Assembly (NCBI GenBank): GCA_963821025.1
Contig: CAWGCG010000003.1
Span: forward strand, 1,144,931-1,208,930
DNA from: an uncultured Solirubrobacterales bacterium
GTDB taxonomy: Bacteria; Actinomycetota; Thermoleophilia; Solirubrobacterales; 70-9
DNA length: 64,000 nucleotides
Reading direction: 5' to 3'
In this document: in pieces, positions 35,146 through 44,147 of the stretch
Position numbering within the stretch: the stretch's first letter is position 1
Layout: each line of letters begins with the position of its first letter
The notes under the pieces: generated by a model
Told to the model about the DNA's origin: nothing
Databases searched by the model: none
What the model saw: the letters and a program-made list of their open reading frames with translations, nothing else
Made by a program: the position numbers and the translations under genes

Positions 35146-35704
35146 GCTCCATCGACTCCTCGAGTTGCTTGATCGCCCTGTGGATCAGGACCTTGGTGGC
35201 GCCGTCGCTGCGCCCCAGTGCCCTGGCGATCTCGCGATTCGACATCCCGAGCGCGAAGCGCATGATCAGCGCCTCCCGCCGGTCCTCGGAGAGCTCGTCG
35301 AGGTGCTCGATCACCGCTCGCAGCCGCTCGCGTCCCTCGACCACGCGCTCGGTTCCATGCGGGTGCGAGGGCGGCTCGACGGCCTCGATGTTCGCCGTCG
35401 GCCGGCGGGCGCGGTCGCGATGGTGGTTCGAGGCCAGATTGTGGGCGATGCGGATCAGCCACGGCCTCAGCGGCCGGCCGCGCGACTCCCGACGGGCGCG
35501 CTCGAAGTGCCGGTATGCCTGCAGAAAGGCCTGCTCGGTGAGGTCCTCGGCGTCGTGATGGTTGCCCACCCGGTAGTAGGCATAGGAATAGACGTCGCGC
35601 AGATGGGCGCGGTAGAGCTCCTCGAAGGCGCGGTCGAGCTCGGCCTTGGTGGCGGGCGCGGCGACGGAGGCTTGCGCCGCCGGCTCGGGCGTGGGCTCGG
35701 TCAC
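35138..35704 (-). CDS. ECF RNA polymerase sigma factor
   Basis: Region 2 DAEDLTEQAFLQAYRHF and region 4 REALIMRFALGMSNREIARALGRSDGATKVLIHRA. Confidence 0.85.
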   Translation of the reverse strand: MTEPTPEPAAQASVAAPATKAELDRAFEELYRAHLRDVYSYAYYRVGNHHDAEDLTEQAFLQAYRHFERARRESRGRPLRPWLIRIAHNLASNHHRDRARRPTANIEAVEPPSHPHGTERVVEGRERLRAVIEHLDELSEDRREALIMRFALGMSNREIARALGRSDGATKVLIHRAIKQLEESMEHE

Positions 35705-35723
35705 CGGTCAAATGTAAACCTCC

Positions 35724-37436
35724 TCACGCTGCCTTCCGGGCGCGCTCGGCCCGGCGCAGGCCGGCGACCCATTCGCCCGGGTCGATCTCGCCGGAGATCA
35801 ACGAAGCCAAGCCCTGCAGGCTCGGCGAGTCGATCCCCGCGCCGGCCAGGGTCTCGGCGATCAACGGCACCGAGTCGAGGCCCTCGGATGCCTGGCCGAT
35901 GCGCGAGGCGATCTTCTCTGAGGGGACCCCTGCGCCGAGCAGCTCGCCCGCTTGGCGGTTGCGGCTCTTCGGCGCCAGCACGGTCGCGGTCAGGTCGCCG
36001 ACCCCTGCCAGACCGGAGAAGGTCTCGAGCCGTCCGCCACGTGCGAGGGCGAAGTCGACGCACTCGCGCCAGACCCCGGCGGCGGCGATCCCGGCGGCGT
36101 TGAGGCCGAAGCGCTCAGCGGCCGCCGCCGCGAGCGCGGCCGCGTTCTTGGCAGCACCGGCCATCTCGACCCCGGTGACGTCGTCGCTGCGCTCGCAAAA
36201 CAGCCCGGCGCGGTCGAAGACCTCGCCGAGCATCGTACGCAGGTCGGGATCGGGGCTGGCGAGCACCAGGGCCGCCATCCCGGCCGCCGCCTCACGGGCG
36301 TGCGCCGGGCCGCCGAGCGAGGCGACCGCGCGGGCGCGCACGCGCTCGGAGACGTAGTCGTTGGGCAGCGCCCCCATCGGCTGCACCATGCCCTTCGACA
36401 ACAACAGCACCGAGGCCCGTGAGCCGATCCGATCGGCGAGGCCACCGACAACGGCGGGCAGCGCCCTCGAGGGAACCGCGAGGCAGACGAGGTCACAGCC
36501 GGCGAGCTCGATCTCGCTCGTGCGTTTGACCGTGACCCCCTCCGGGATCTCGACCCCGGCGAGGAACTCGACGTTCTCGCGGCGCCGCATGATCTCGTCG
36601 GCCTTCTCCTGACTGCGGCTGCCGAGCTCGACCTCGAGCCCGCCGCGAGCGAGGAGCACCGAGACCGCCGTGCCCCAGCTGCCGGCCCCGATCACAGCGG
36701 CCTTGCGCAGCGGCGGCAGCCCGCCGAGCCATTCCCACTGCAGCTCGATGTTCGGCCAGATCCGCTCGGTCACCGTCGCCGCCAGCGCCGGCGAGGGCCG
36801 CTCCTGGCGAGGGAAGGTCATCGGCTTGCCCGCGCGCAGCTTCACCTTGCGCGGGCGGATGCGCCAGCCCCGGCGTACCTCCTCGGAGCCGTGCACGGCG
36901 AGCGGCAATACCGCGGCTCCGGTCTCCAGCGCGAGCCGGCCGACACCGCGCTTCGGGCGCCCGAGCGAGCCGGTGCGGATCCTCGTCCCCTCGGGGAAGA
37001 TGACCACGGTCCCGCCGCGGGCGACGACGATCGCCGCGGTCTCCATCGCGACCTCGTCGGCCTGGCCGCGCCGGATCGGGAAGGCGCCGAGGCGCGACAG
37101 GATCCAGCCCTGCCACCGGTTCTCGAACAGCTCCACCTTGGCGACGAACTGCATCCGGCGCCGCCACGGCAGCAGGGCGCCGATCACGAACGGGTCGAGG
37201 AAGCTGCGGTGGTTGGAGGCGACGATCATCCCGCCCTTGAATCGTGCGTGCTCGCGACCGGTGCGCTGGAGGCGAAACCAGACCAGGAAAGCGGGCACCA
37301 AGAGGCAGCGAAGGAAGTAGTAGATGACCCGATTGGTCCCGCGCTCGCGCGCGTAGCGGTGATAGGCGTCGTAGCGCTCCTGCGTGATCACGTCGTCGGC
37401 GCGCGGCGGCGGCGAGCGCCGGGATCCCTCGTCCAT
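35724..37436 (-). CDS. Fusion protein: 1-acyl-sn-glycerol-3-phosphate acyltransferase (PlsC) + NAD(P)H-dependent glycerol-3-phosphate dehydrogenase (GpsA)
   Basis: N-terminal half: NHRSFLDP (HX4D) and FPEGTR. C-terminal half: AVIGAGSWGTAVSVLLA Rossmann motif, GVEMAGAAKN, and GpsA-like tail. Confidence 0.85.
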   Translation of the reverse strand: MDEGSRRSPPPRADDVITQERYDAYHRYARERGTNRVIYYFLRCLLVPAFLVWFRLQRTGREHARFKGGMIVASNHRSFLDPFVIGALLPWRRRMQFVAKVELFENRWQGWILSRLGAFPIRRGQADEVAMETAAIVVARGGTVVIFPEGTRIRTGSLGRPKRGVGRLALETGAAVLPLAVHGSEEVRRGWRIRPRKVKLRAGKPMTFPRQERPSPALAATVTERIWPNIELQWEWLGGLPPLRKAAVIGAGSWGTAVSVLLARGGLEVELGSRSQEKADEIMRRRENVEFLAGVEIPEGVTVKRTSEIELAGCDLVCLAVPSRALPAVVGGLADRIGSRASVLLLSKGMVQPMGALPNDYVSERVRARAVASLGGPAHAREAAAGMAALVLASPDPDLRTMLGEVFDRAGLFCERSDDVTGVEMAGAAKNAAALAAAAAERFGLNAAGIAAAGVWRECVDFALARGGRLETFSGLAGVGDLTATVLAPKSRNRQAGELLGAGVPSEKIASRIGQASEGLDSVPLIAETLAGAGIDSPSLQGLASLISGEIDPGEWVAGLRRAERARKAA

Positions 37437-37482
37437 GCAGGTGCCTACACGTGCGTGGGTGCGGCGTTACGCGCCGCGCGCT

Positions 37483-38490
37483 TCACCAGGCCGCTTCGGC
37501 CAGGCTCCGGATCTCGGCCTCGCCGGGCGGATCGGGCGTCAGCTCGAGCTCCGGACGGGCCAGGATCGCCTTCACCGCATGATCGAGGCCCTGCTCGTCG
37601 GCGCCGAGGTCGCGCAGGCGCCGGCGCCCGCCGCCGAGCTCGACCAGTCGCGCCCGCAGACCGTCCTGCTTGCTTCCCAGCGCCCGCGCCAGGGCGGTCA
37701 TCTGCGTGCCGGCACGAGGGCGCATCGCCTCCATCGTCAGCGGCAACATCGTCGCGTTGGTCTCCGCGTGGCCGATCCGCAGCTCGCGCACCAGGGTCTG
37801 GCAGACAACGTGGTGAAGCGCGAACAAAGCCGAGTCGAGCGCGTACGCGCAGAGGATCGAGCCGAGCGCCAGCTTCCCCGGGTCGCGTCGCGCCGGGTCG
37901 GTGTCGAGCGCCTTTGAGATCAGGCTCGCCCCGCGCAACGCGGTCAGCGTCGAGACCGGGTTGGCGAGCGGGGTCGCGAGCGAGTCGGCGCCGTGGCCGA
38001 GCGCGTTCATCGCGCTTGCGCGCAGGCGCTTCTCGGGCAGGCTCGCCATCACCGGCGGGTCGGCCAGCACCACCACCGGCCTGACCAGCCCGTCGGCGGC
38101 GGCCTCGCCCTCGGGCAATCGGTGGATGGCCGTCATCTCGGCCCCCGAGAGGGTCGTCGGCAGCGCCGCCACCCGGCTGCCGCGCACGGCCGCGACCGCC
38201 TTCGCCGCGTCGATGACCCGGCCACCCCCGAGCGCCACCAGGTCGAGCTCGCCGACGTCGGCGGTCAGCCGCGCCGCGACCTCGTTCACCGGCCCCGGCG
38301 GGACGTGGTGAAAATGGGACGAGTCCTCGGCCAGCGCCACCGGCGCCGCCCCCATCGCCCGCTCGGTGGTCAACAGCTCGTAGCGGTCGAACCCGTGGCC
38401 GGCGAGGATCTCGGGCGATTCGCCGATCACCCCGGCGCGGAAGTGGATCGCCCGCTCGCCATCGCGCCAGGTGAAGTCGCTGTCGCTCAA
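37483..38490 (-). CDS. Iron-containing alcohol dehydrogenase / maleylacetate reductase family protein
   Basis: VALGGGRVIDAAKAVA and LPTTLSGAEMT motifs. TTG start is separated from the tRNA 3' end by a single base. Confidence 0.75.
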   Translation of the reverse strand: MSDSDFTWRDGERAIHFRAGVIGESPEILAGHGFDRYELLTTERAMGAAPVALAEDSSHFHHVPPGPVNEVAARLTADVGELDLVALGGGRVIDAAKAVAAVRGSRVAALPTTLSGAEMTAIHRLPEGEAAADGLVRPVVVLADPPVMASLPEKRLRASAMNALGHGADSLATPLANPVSTLTALRGASLISKALDTDPARRDPGKLALGSILCAYALDSALFALHHVVCQTLVRELRIGHAETNATMLPLTMEAMRPRAGTQMTALARALGSKQDGLRARLVELGGGRRRLRDLGADEQGLDHAVKAILARPELELTPDPPGEAEIRSLAEAAW

Positions 38491-38491
38491 G

Positions 38492-38564
38492 AGCCCGGAG
38501 TGGGACTCGAACCCACAGCCTTCGCATTACAAGTGCGGTGCTCCACCAGTTGAGCTATCCGGGC
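38492..38564 (-). tRNA. tRNA-Thr (anticodon TGT)
   Basis: Hand-folded 73-nt cloverleaf. Acceptor GCCCGGA/TCCGGGC, D stem GCTC/GAGC, anticodon loop CTTGTAA, T arm GTGGG-TTCGAGT-CCCAC. No encoded CCA. Confidence 0.85.
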
Positions 38565-38631
38565 GGGCCGCGATCAAATCTACGCCAGGCCGACCCTGAC
38601 TCCCACCACGAGCGACGACGACGAGCGACCG

Positions 38632-39330
38632 CTAGCCGAGCACCTCGCGCCCGGAGATGTGCGCGGCGACCTTGCGCTTGACCCGCTGAAGGGCGTTGTC
38701 GACCGTCTTCGTGTCGCATTCGAGCCGCTCGCCGATCTGCTCGTAGGAGTGGCCGTCGAGGTAGAGGGAGAGCACCCGGCTCTCGAGCTCGGAGAGGACG
38801 CTCGACAGGCACGAGACCAGCGCGCCCAGCTCCTCGCTGGCGATCACCCGTTCGGACGGGTCCTCGGAGATCGGCCCCGGGAGGATCTCCTCGAGCGTCG
38901 TCTCGGCGTCGCCGGACGCCGCCGGCGACTGGGCGAAGGAGACGTACTGGTTCAGCGGCGCGTGCTTGTTGCGGCTCGCGGTCTTCACCGCGGTGATGAT
39001 CTGGCGGGTGATGCAGAGCTCGGCGAAGTTGCGAAAGCTCGACTCGCGGTCGGTCCGAAAGTCGCGAATCGCCTTGTAGAGGCCGACCAGTCCCTCCTGG
39101 ATCAGGTCGTCGGAATCGCCGCCGAGCAGGAAATACGAGGAGGCCTTCAGCCGGACGAAGCCGCGATAGCGCTTCACGATCCGCTCGTAGGCATCGGGGC
39201 TGCCGCGCTTAGCCAGCGCGACCAGGTATCCATCCTCAAGCTCCGGTTGAGCCTCAGCTCGGGCTGGGCTGCGAGCGCCGGCGGCGCGCGCAGGGGCGGC
39301 GAGCGTGGTCTGACGGGTAGGTATAGCCAC
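38632..39330 (-). CDS. sigH: RNA polymerase sigma factor, SigH (Spo0H) family
   Basis: Long colinear matches to B. subtilis SigH as I recall it: YFLLGGDSDDLIQEGLVGLYKAIRDF, FAELCITRQIITAVKTASRNKHAPLN, and LYLDGHSYEQI..DNALQRVKRK. GTG start 5 nt after GGAGGA. Confidence 0.85.
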   Translation of the reverse strand: MAIPTRQTTLAAPARAAGARSPARAEAQPELEDGYLVALAKRGSPDAYERIVKRYRGFVRLKASSYFLLGGDSDDLIQEGLVGLYKAIRDFRTDRESSFRNFAELCITRQIITAVKTASRNKHAPLNQYVSFAQSPAASGDAETTLEEILPGPISEDPSERVIASEELGALVSCLSSVLSELESRVLSLYLDGHSYEQIGERLECDTKTVDNALQRVKRKVAAHISGREVLG

Positions 39331-39441
39331 AGGTCCTCCAGATTTGGTTGGAACCGGTGGCGCCTGAACCTCCCCGTAAAGGCGCCTCTCCTCGGGTTTG
39401 AACCGGGTCTTCCTCGACCTTTAGTTCACCCTTACGCGCGG

Positions 39442-39471
39442 CAGTGTATGCGCGTTGACATAGTTCTGTCA
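39442..39471 (-). promoter_or_regulatory. Candidate sigH promoter, TTGACA-18 nt-TACACT, with palindrome TTGACA-N6-TGTCAA over the -35
   Basis: Minus strand: TTGACA (39471..39466), 18-nt spacer, TACACT (39447..39442). The -35 is one arm of the perfect inverted repeat TTGACAgaactaTGTCAA. Confidence 0.5.
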
Positions 39472-39531
39472 ACCTGTGGCGGGCAGATCGCAAGATCCGT
39501 TGCAAATTCGGGGCGGCGTCCGCGGGGCTTG

Positions 39532-40197
39532 CTAGACCGTCGCGCGCTGGCGCAAGGCCTCGAACAAAAGCGCCGCCGCGGCTGCCGAGACGTTCAGCGA
39601 TCTGACCCGCCCGCGCGCCGGAATCGAGACCAGCAGGTCACACGCCTCGGCCACCCTGGGTCGCAGCCCCCTCCCCTCGCTGCCGAGCACGAGCACGACC
39701 TTGCCGGTGAGGTCGGTCTGCGTGTAGACCGCCGGCGCGCCCGCCTCGGCCCCGTAGATCCAGGCGCCCGCCGCCTTTGCTTGCCCGAGCCAGTCGGCGA
39801 GATTCCGCACCTTGGCGACGGGCAGGTGCTCGACCGCTCCCGCGGAGGCCTTCGCGGTGGCGGCGGTGACCGAGGCCGACCGCCGCTCGCAGATCACCGC
39901 CCCGGCGGCCCCGGCGGCCTCGGCCGAGCGGATCACGGCGCCGAGGTTGTGGGGGTCGGTGACCTGGTCGAGCGCCACCACGAGCGCGTCCGGGCGCTCG
40001 AGCAGGGCCGCGGCGTCCTCGTAGCGGTAGGGCTCGACCTCGGCCACGAACCCCTGGTGGTCGGGTGAGCCGGCGAGCGTCGTGAGCTCCGCGGCCGAGG
40101 TGTCGGCGGCCGTCCAGACTCGGTGCACGGCGCGGCGCCCGCGCTTTGCCTCGGCGACCGGCCGCTTGCCGTAGATCAGCTGCCCGCCCGAGTTCAC
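39532..40197 (-). CDS. rlmB: 23S rRNA (guanosine-2'-O)-methyltransferase RlmB (TrmH/SpoU family)
   Basis: DPHNLGAVIRSAEAAGA, LVLGSEGRGLR, and IPARGRVRSLNVSAAAA SpoU motifs. GTGA overlap with the cysS stop. Confidence 0.8.
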   Translation of the reverse strand: MNSGGQLIYGKRPVAEAKRGRRAVHRVWTAADTSAAELTTLAGSPDHQGFVAEVEPYRYEDAAALLERPDALVVALDQVTDPHNLGAVIRSAEAAGAAGAVICERRSASVTAATAKASAGAVEHLPVAKVRNLADWLGQAKAAGAWIYGAEAGAPAVYTQTDLTGKVVLVLGSEGRGLRPRVAEACDLLVSIPARGRVRSLNVSAAAAALLFEALRQRATV

Positions 40198-41552
40198 GTC
40201 TCGCGCACAGGCTTCGCTCCCGCGGGCGTGTCTCGGACCAGCCAGCCGAGCTCGCGCAACTCGTCGCGAACCGCGTCGGCGCGCTCGAAGTCGCGATCGC
40301 CGCGCGCCCGCTCTCGCTCGGCGAGCAACTCCGCGACCTGCGGCGGGACCTCATCCTCGACCTTGGCCAGCGTCTCGAGCCCGACGATCTGCAGCAAGTC
40401 GGCGAGCGTCTTGTGGGCGCCGGCGAGCGGACGCCGGTGGCCCTCGGCGATCAGGTCATAGATCTCGGCCATCGCCCGCGGAGTGTTGAAGTCGTCGGCG
40501 AGCGCCTCGAGAAAGGCCTCACGCGCCTGCTCGACCCGAGGGTCCGGTCCCCCGTCGGTGCGCTCGACCTCGCGAAAGAAGTCGCGTACGCGCTCGTTTC
40601 GAGCTCGCGCTTGCTCGAGCGCGCCCTTGCTGAAGGCCAGCGGCTGGCGGTAGTGGCCCGAGATCAAGAACCCGACCACCGCCTCGGCGCCGAACCGGTC
40701 GACCGCCTCGTCCAGCTGGAAGACGTTGCCGGTCGACTTCGCCATCTTCGCCTCGTCGCCGGTGAGCACCATCCCGTTGTGCATCCACAGCCGCGCCAGC
40801 GGAGCTCCGCGCGCCGCCTCGGTTTGGGCGATCTCGTTCTCGTGATGGGGAAAGACGAGATCGGCGCCCCCGCCGTGAATGGCGAAATCCGTGCCGAGCA
40901 GCTTCTCGGCCATCGCCGAGCACTCGATGTGCCACCCGGGCCGGCCCTCGCCCCACGGCGAGGGCCATGCGGTGTCCTCCTCGGGCTTGCGCGCCTTCCA
41001 CAGGGCGAAGTCGAGCGGGCTCTCCTTCAGCTCCGCGTTGCCCGCGTCCTCTCCCTGGTCCATCTCGGCCGGATCGCGATTCGAGAGCTTGCCGTAGCCG
41101 GGGAAGCTGAGAACCCTGAAGTAGACATCGCCCCCGGACTCATAGGCGTGACCGGACTCGACCAGCGCCTCGATCAGGGCGACGATCTCGGCCACCGTCT
41201 CAGTCGCCAGCGGCTCGGCGTCGGGACGCCCGAGCCCGAGCCGGCCGGTGTCCTCGAAGTAGGCACGGGTCATAGCGGCGGCGCGCTCGGCCGAGGCGAC
41301 GCCCGCGTCGCGGGCCGTGGCGTAGATCTTGTCGTTGATATCGGTGACGTTGATCACCAGCTCGGGCTCCCAGCCTTCGTGCGCGAGAAACCGGCGCAGC
41401 AACGAGAAGACGACATAGGGACGGGCGTTGCCGACGTGGATCCGCGAGTAGACGGTCGGGCCGCAGGCATAGATCCCGACCCGCGGCGGGTCGCGCGGCT
41501 CGAGCTCTCGCAGCTCGCCGCTGAGCGTGTCCCTGATCCTGACCGAGCGCAT
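40194..41552 (-). CDS. cysS: Cysteine--tRNA ligase
   Basis: YACGPTVYSRIHVGNAR (HIGH), GWHIECS zinc site, and KMAKSTGN (KMSKS). Confidence 0.95.
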   Translation of the reverse strand: MRSVRIRDTLSGELRELEPRDPPRVGIYACGPTVYSRIHVGNARPYVVFSLLRRFLAHEGWEPELVINVTDINDKIYATARDAGVASAERAAAMTRAYFEDTGRLGLGRPDAEPLATETVAEIVALIEALVESGHAYESGGDVYFRVLSFPGYGKLSNRDPAEMDQGEDAGNAELKESPLDFALWKARKPEEDTAWPSPWGEGRPGWHIECSAMAEKLLGTDFAIHGGGADLVFPHHENEIAQTEAARGAPLARLWMHNGMVLTGDEAKMAKSTGNVFQLDEAVDRFGAEAVVGFLISGHYRQPLAFSKGALEQARARNERVRDFFREVERTDGGPDPRVEQAREAFLEALADDFNTPRAMAEIYDLIAEGHRRPLAGAHKTLADLLQIVGLETLAKVEDEVPPQVAELLAERERARGDRDFERADAVRDELRELGWLVRDTPAGAKPVRET

Positions 41553-41563
41553 GCTGCGATGCT

Positions 41564-42010
41564 ATGCACCTGAAGCAGAATCGTCGGCGTGGACAGGGGT
41601 TCGGTCTGTCCCAGGAGAACATCGAGGTCGTCCGAGAGCTCTACCGGCTGTTCGCCGATCGCCAGCTGAGCGCCGCCTTCGCCGATTACGCCGATCGCGA
41701 TCTCGAGCTTCGCGTCCCTGCGATCTATCCCGACACGCCCGAAGTGCTCACCGGCAGGGCGGGAGTCGAGCGCTGGATCGCGATGATCGACGAGGCCTGG
41801 ACCGAGTGGCGCTTCGAGCCCGAGCGCTACCTCGACCGCGGCTCGAAGGTGATCGTCCTCGCTCGCTTGATCGCCGAGGGCGGCTCGAGCGGCATCCACC
41901 TGGAGCGCGAGGTCGCCCACGTGTGGACGATAAGAGGAGGCCGTGCCGCCAGCTGCCAGGTCTACCTCAACCCCGACGAGGGCCTCGAAGCCGCCGGGCT
42001 CGCCGAATAG
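41564..42010 (+). CDS. SnoaL-like / NTF2-superfamily protein
   Basis: ENIEVVRELYRLFADRQLSA is a typical N-terminus of this fold. The first 15 residues from ATG 41564 look non-native, so the start is uncertain. Confidence 0.55.
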   Translation: MHLKQNRRRGQGFGLSQENIEVVRELYRLFADRQLSAAFADYADRDLELRVPAIYPDTPEVLTGRAGVERWIAMIDEAWTEWRFEPERYLDRGSKVIVLARLIAEGGSSGIHLEREVAHVWTIRGGRAASCQVYLNPDEGLEAAGLAE

Positions 42011-42019
42011 GCGCGGCGC

Positions 42020-43678
42020 CTAAGCCAGCTCGCGCTTGAGGATCTTGCCGGTGGCGTTTCGCGGCAGCGAGTCGAGGAACTCGATCTCGCGCGGGACCTT
42101 GTAGCGCGCGAGGTTGAGCTTGACGAACTCGCGCAACTCGTCATCGGAGACCGAGTCGCGCTCGACCAGGACCACGAACGCCTTCAGGCGCTGGCCGAAC
42201 TCCTCGTCGTCGACCCCGATCACGGCGACCTCGGCGATCGCGAGGTGGCCCGCGAGCAGGTCCTCGACCTCGCGCGGGAACACGTTCTCGCCGCCGGAGA
42301 CGATCATCTCGTCGTCGCGGCCGTCGATGAACAGGCGGCCCTCAAGGTCGAAATGACCGACGTCGCCCGAGGAGAGCAGGCCCTCGTAGACGTCCTTGCC
42401 GCCGCCCCCGGTGTAGCCCTCGAACGCCATCTCGTTGCCGACGAACACGCGCCCGGTCTCACCCGGCGGAAGCTCCGCCCCGCCCTCGGTGTCGACGATC
42501 TTGACCACGGTGCCGCGCGGCGGCCTGCCGGCGGTCCCCGGCGCCGCGCGCAGGTCCTCGGGCGTCGCGATCGTCGCCCAGGCGACCTCGGTCGAGCCGT
42601 ACAGGTTGTAGAGGTTGTCGCCGAAGCGGTCCATCCACTCGATCGCGAGCTCGCCCGGCAGGGCCGAGCCGCTGGCCGCCGTCACCCTGAGGCTCGGCAG
42701 CTCGTACTTGGCCAGCGTCGGCTCGGGAAGCTGGAGGATCCGCTGCATCATCACCGGAACCACCACCAGCGCGGTCGCCTCGCGTTCGGCCACGGCCCGC
42801 AGGGTCTGCTCGGGATCGAAACGTCGCTGCAGCACGTAGGTCGAGCCGAGCGAGAGGCCGAGGACGAAGTGGGCAAAGCCCCAGGAGTGGAACAGCGGCG
42901 CCGCGATCACCGTCGTCTCCCGCGCCCGCATCGGGATCAAGGAGAACATCGCCGCGAGCGGCGCCAGCGTGGCGGGGGCGCCGCGCTGGGCGCCCTTCGG
43001 GGTGCCGGTCGTGCCCGAGGTGAGGATGACGAAGCGGGCCGGCTCGGACGGCGGCTCGAGGTCGCCGTAGCCGGCGCTCGCAATCAGCCCCTCGACCGCC
43101 TCCCCGGTCGGCTCGCGGCTCTCGCGCCAGGCGAAAAAGCTCTGCAGCTCGCCGCTCGCCGGCGCCAGCAGGTCGCGGAACTCCTCGTCGTCGATCAGCG
43201 CCACCGGTCGCTCGCGTTCGACCACGCCGGTCAGCTGGGGTCCCGAGAAGGCAGTGTTCATGTAGAGCCCGACCGCTCCGAGCTTGGAGACGGCCAGGGT
43301 CGCCTCGACGAAGTGACGATGGTTGCGGCACATGATCGCGATCCCGTCGCCGACCCCGACGCCGCGCTCGGCGAGGGCGCGGGCGAGCGCGTTGGAGCGC
43401 TGGTGGACGGCGGCGAACGTCAGCGTGCCCTGCTCGTCGACCAGCATCGTCCGGTCGGGGTCGGTGATCGCCGCGCCGGCAATCCCGGCGGCCGGTGAGG
43501 CGCCCCACCGCTGCAACTCACGGGCGACCCGGACGAGCTTGTCGGGTCGCACCGGTCGCAGCACGCCTGCCCCGGCCAGGGCGCTCAGGTTGAAGGGCAG
43601 ATCGGCGAGCGTTCCCAGGGGACCGACCGTGACCCGGCGGGCGAGTGCCAACGGCGAGGTGAGCTGACCGAGGTCCAT
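42020..43678 (-). CDS. AMP-dependent acyl-CoA synthetase/ligase (FadD-like)
   Basis: ILTSGTTGTPKG AMP-binding motif, YGSTE, SGDVG, and C-terminal PRNATGKILKREL. Confidence 0.9.
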   Translation of the reverse strand: MDLGQLTSPLALARRVTVGPLGTLADLPFNLSALAGAGVLRPVRPDKLVRVARELQRWGASPAAGIAGAAITDPDRTMLVDEQGTLTFAAVHQRSNALARALAERGVGVGDGIAIMCRNHRHFVEATLAVSKLGAVGLYMNTAFSGPQLTGVVERERPVALIDDEEFRDLLAPASGELQSFFAWRESREPTGEAVEGLIASAGYGDLEPPSEPARFVILTSGTTGTPKGAQRGAPATLAPLAAMFSLIPMRARETTVIAAPLFHSWGFAHFVLGLSLGSTYVLQRRFDPEQTLRAVAEREATALVVVPVMMQRILQLPEPTLAKYELPSLRVTAASGSALPGELAIEWMDRFGDNLYNLYGSTEVAWATIATPEDLRAAPGTAGRPPRGTVVKIVDTEGGAELPPGETGRVFVGNEMAFEGYTGGGGKDVYEGLLSSGDVGHFDLEGRLFIDGRDDEMIVSGGENVFPREVEDLLAGHLAIAEVAVIGVDDEEFGQRLKAFVVLVERDSVSDDELREFVKLNLARYKVPREIEFLDSLPRNATGKILKRELA

Positions 43679-43688
43679 GCCGCCAACT

Positions 43689-44147
43689 CTATGTCTCGGT
43701 CGCGAGCGAGGCGACGGCTATGCAGGCAACCCCCTCGCCCCGCCCGACCCAACCCATGCCCTCGTTGGTGGTCGCCTTGACGTTGACCACCGCCCCGAGC
43801 ACCTCGCCGAGGTTTCGCTGCATCTGATCGCGGTGTGGCTCGATCGCCGGGTGCTCGCAGATGACGCTCAGATCGACGTTGATCACCGGGCCACCGACCA
43901 GGCCGACGACCGTGCGCAGGAGATCGAGCGAGTCGGCATCTCGCCAGGTCTGATCGCTGGGCGGGAAGTGGGCGCCGAGGTCGCCGAGGCCCGCGGCGCC
44001 GAGCACCGCGTCGATTACGGCGTGGGTCACCACGTCGGCATCGGAATGCCCCTCGAGACCCTCCTCGGCGGCGATCTCGACCCCGCCGAGGACCAGCCGC
44101 CGCCCGGCGGCGAAGCGGTGGCTGTCATAGCCGATCCCGACCCTCAT
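43689..44147 (-). CDS. ispF: 2-C-methyl-D-erythritol 2,4-cyclodiphosphate synthase
   Basis: MRVGIGYDSHRF, GHSDADVVTHAVIDAVLGA, and VKATTNEGMG. ATGA overlap with the upstream stop. Confidence 0.9.
   Translation of the reverse strand: MRVGIGYDSHRFAAGRRLVLGGVEIAAEEGLEGHSDADVVTHAVIDAVLGAAGLGDLGAHFPPSDQTWRDADSLDLLRTVVGLVGGPVINVDLSVICEHPAIEPHRDQMQRNLGEVLGAVVNVKATTNEGMGWVGRGEGVACIAVASLATET

Noticed and set aside
41564-41611. Possible fourth CTG start: CTG-TCC-CAG-GAG would give MSQENIEVVRELY, a more typical SnoaL N-terminus than the ATG 41564 start.
   Set aside because: A canonical in-frame ATG exists upstream, and nothing conserved is lost either way. It therefore cannot be used as evidence for CTG initiation.
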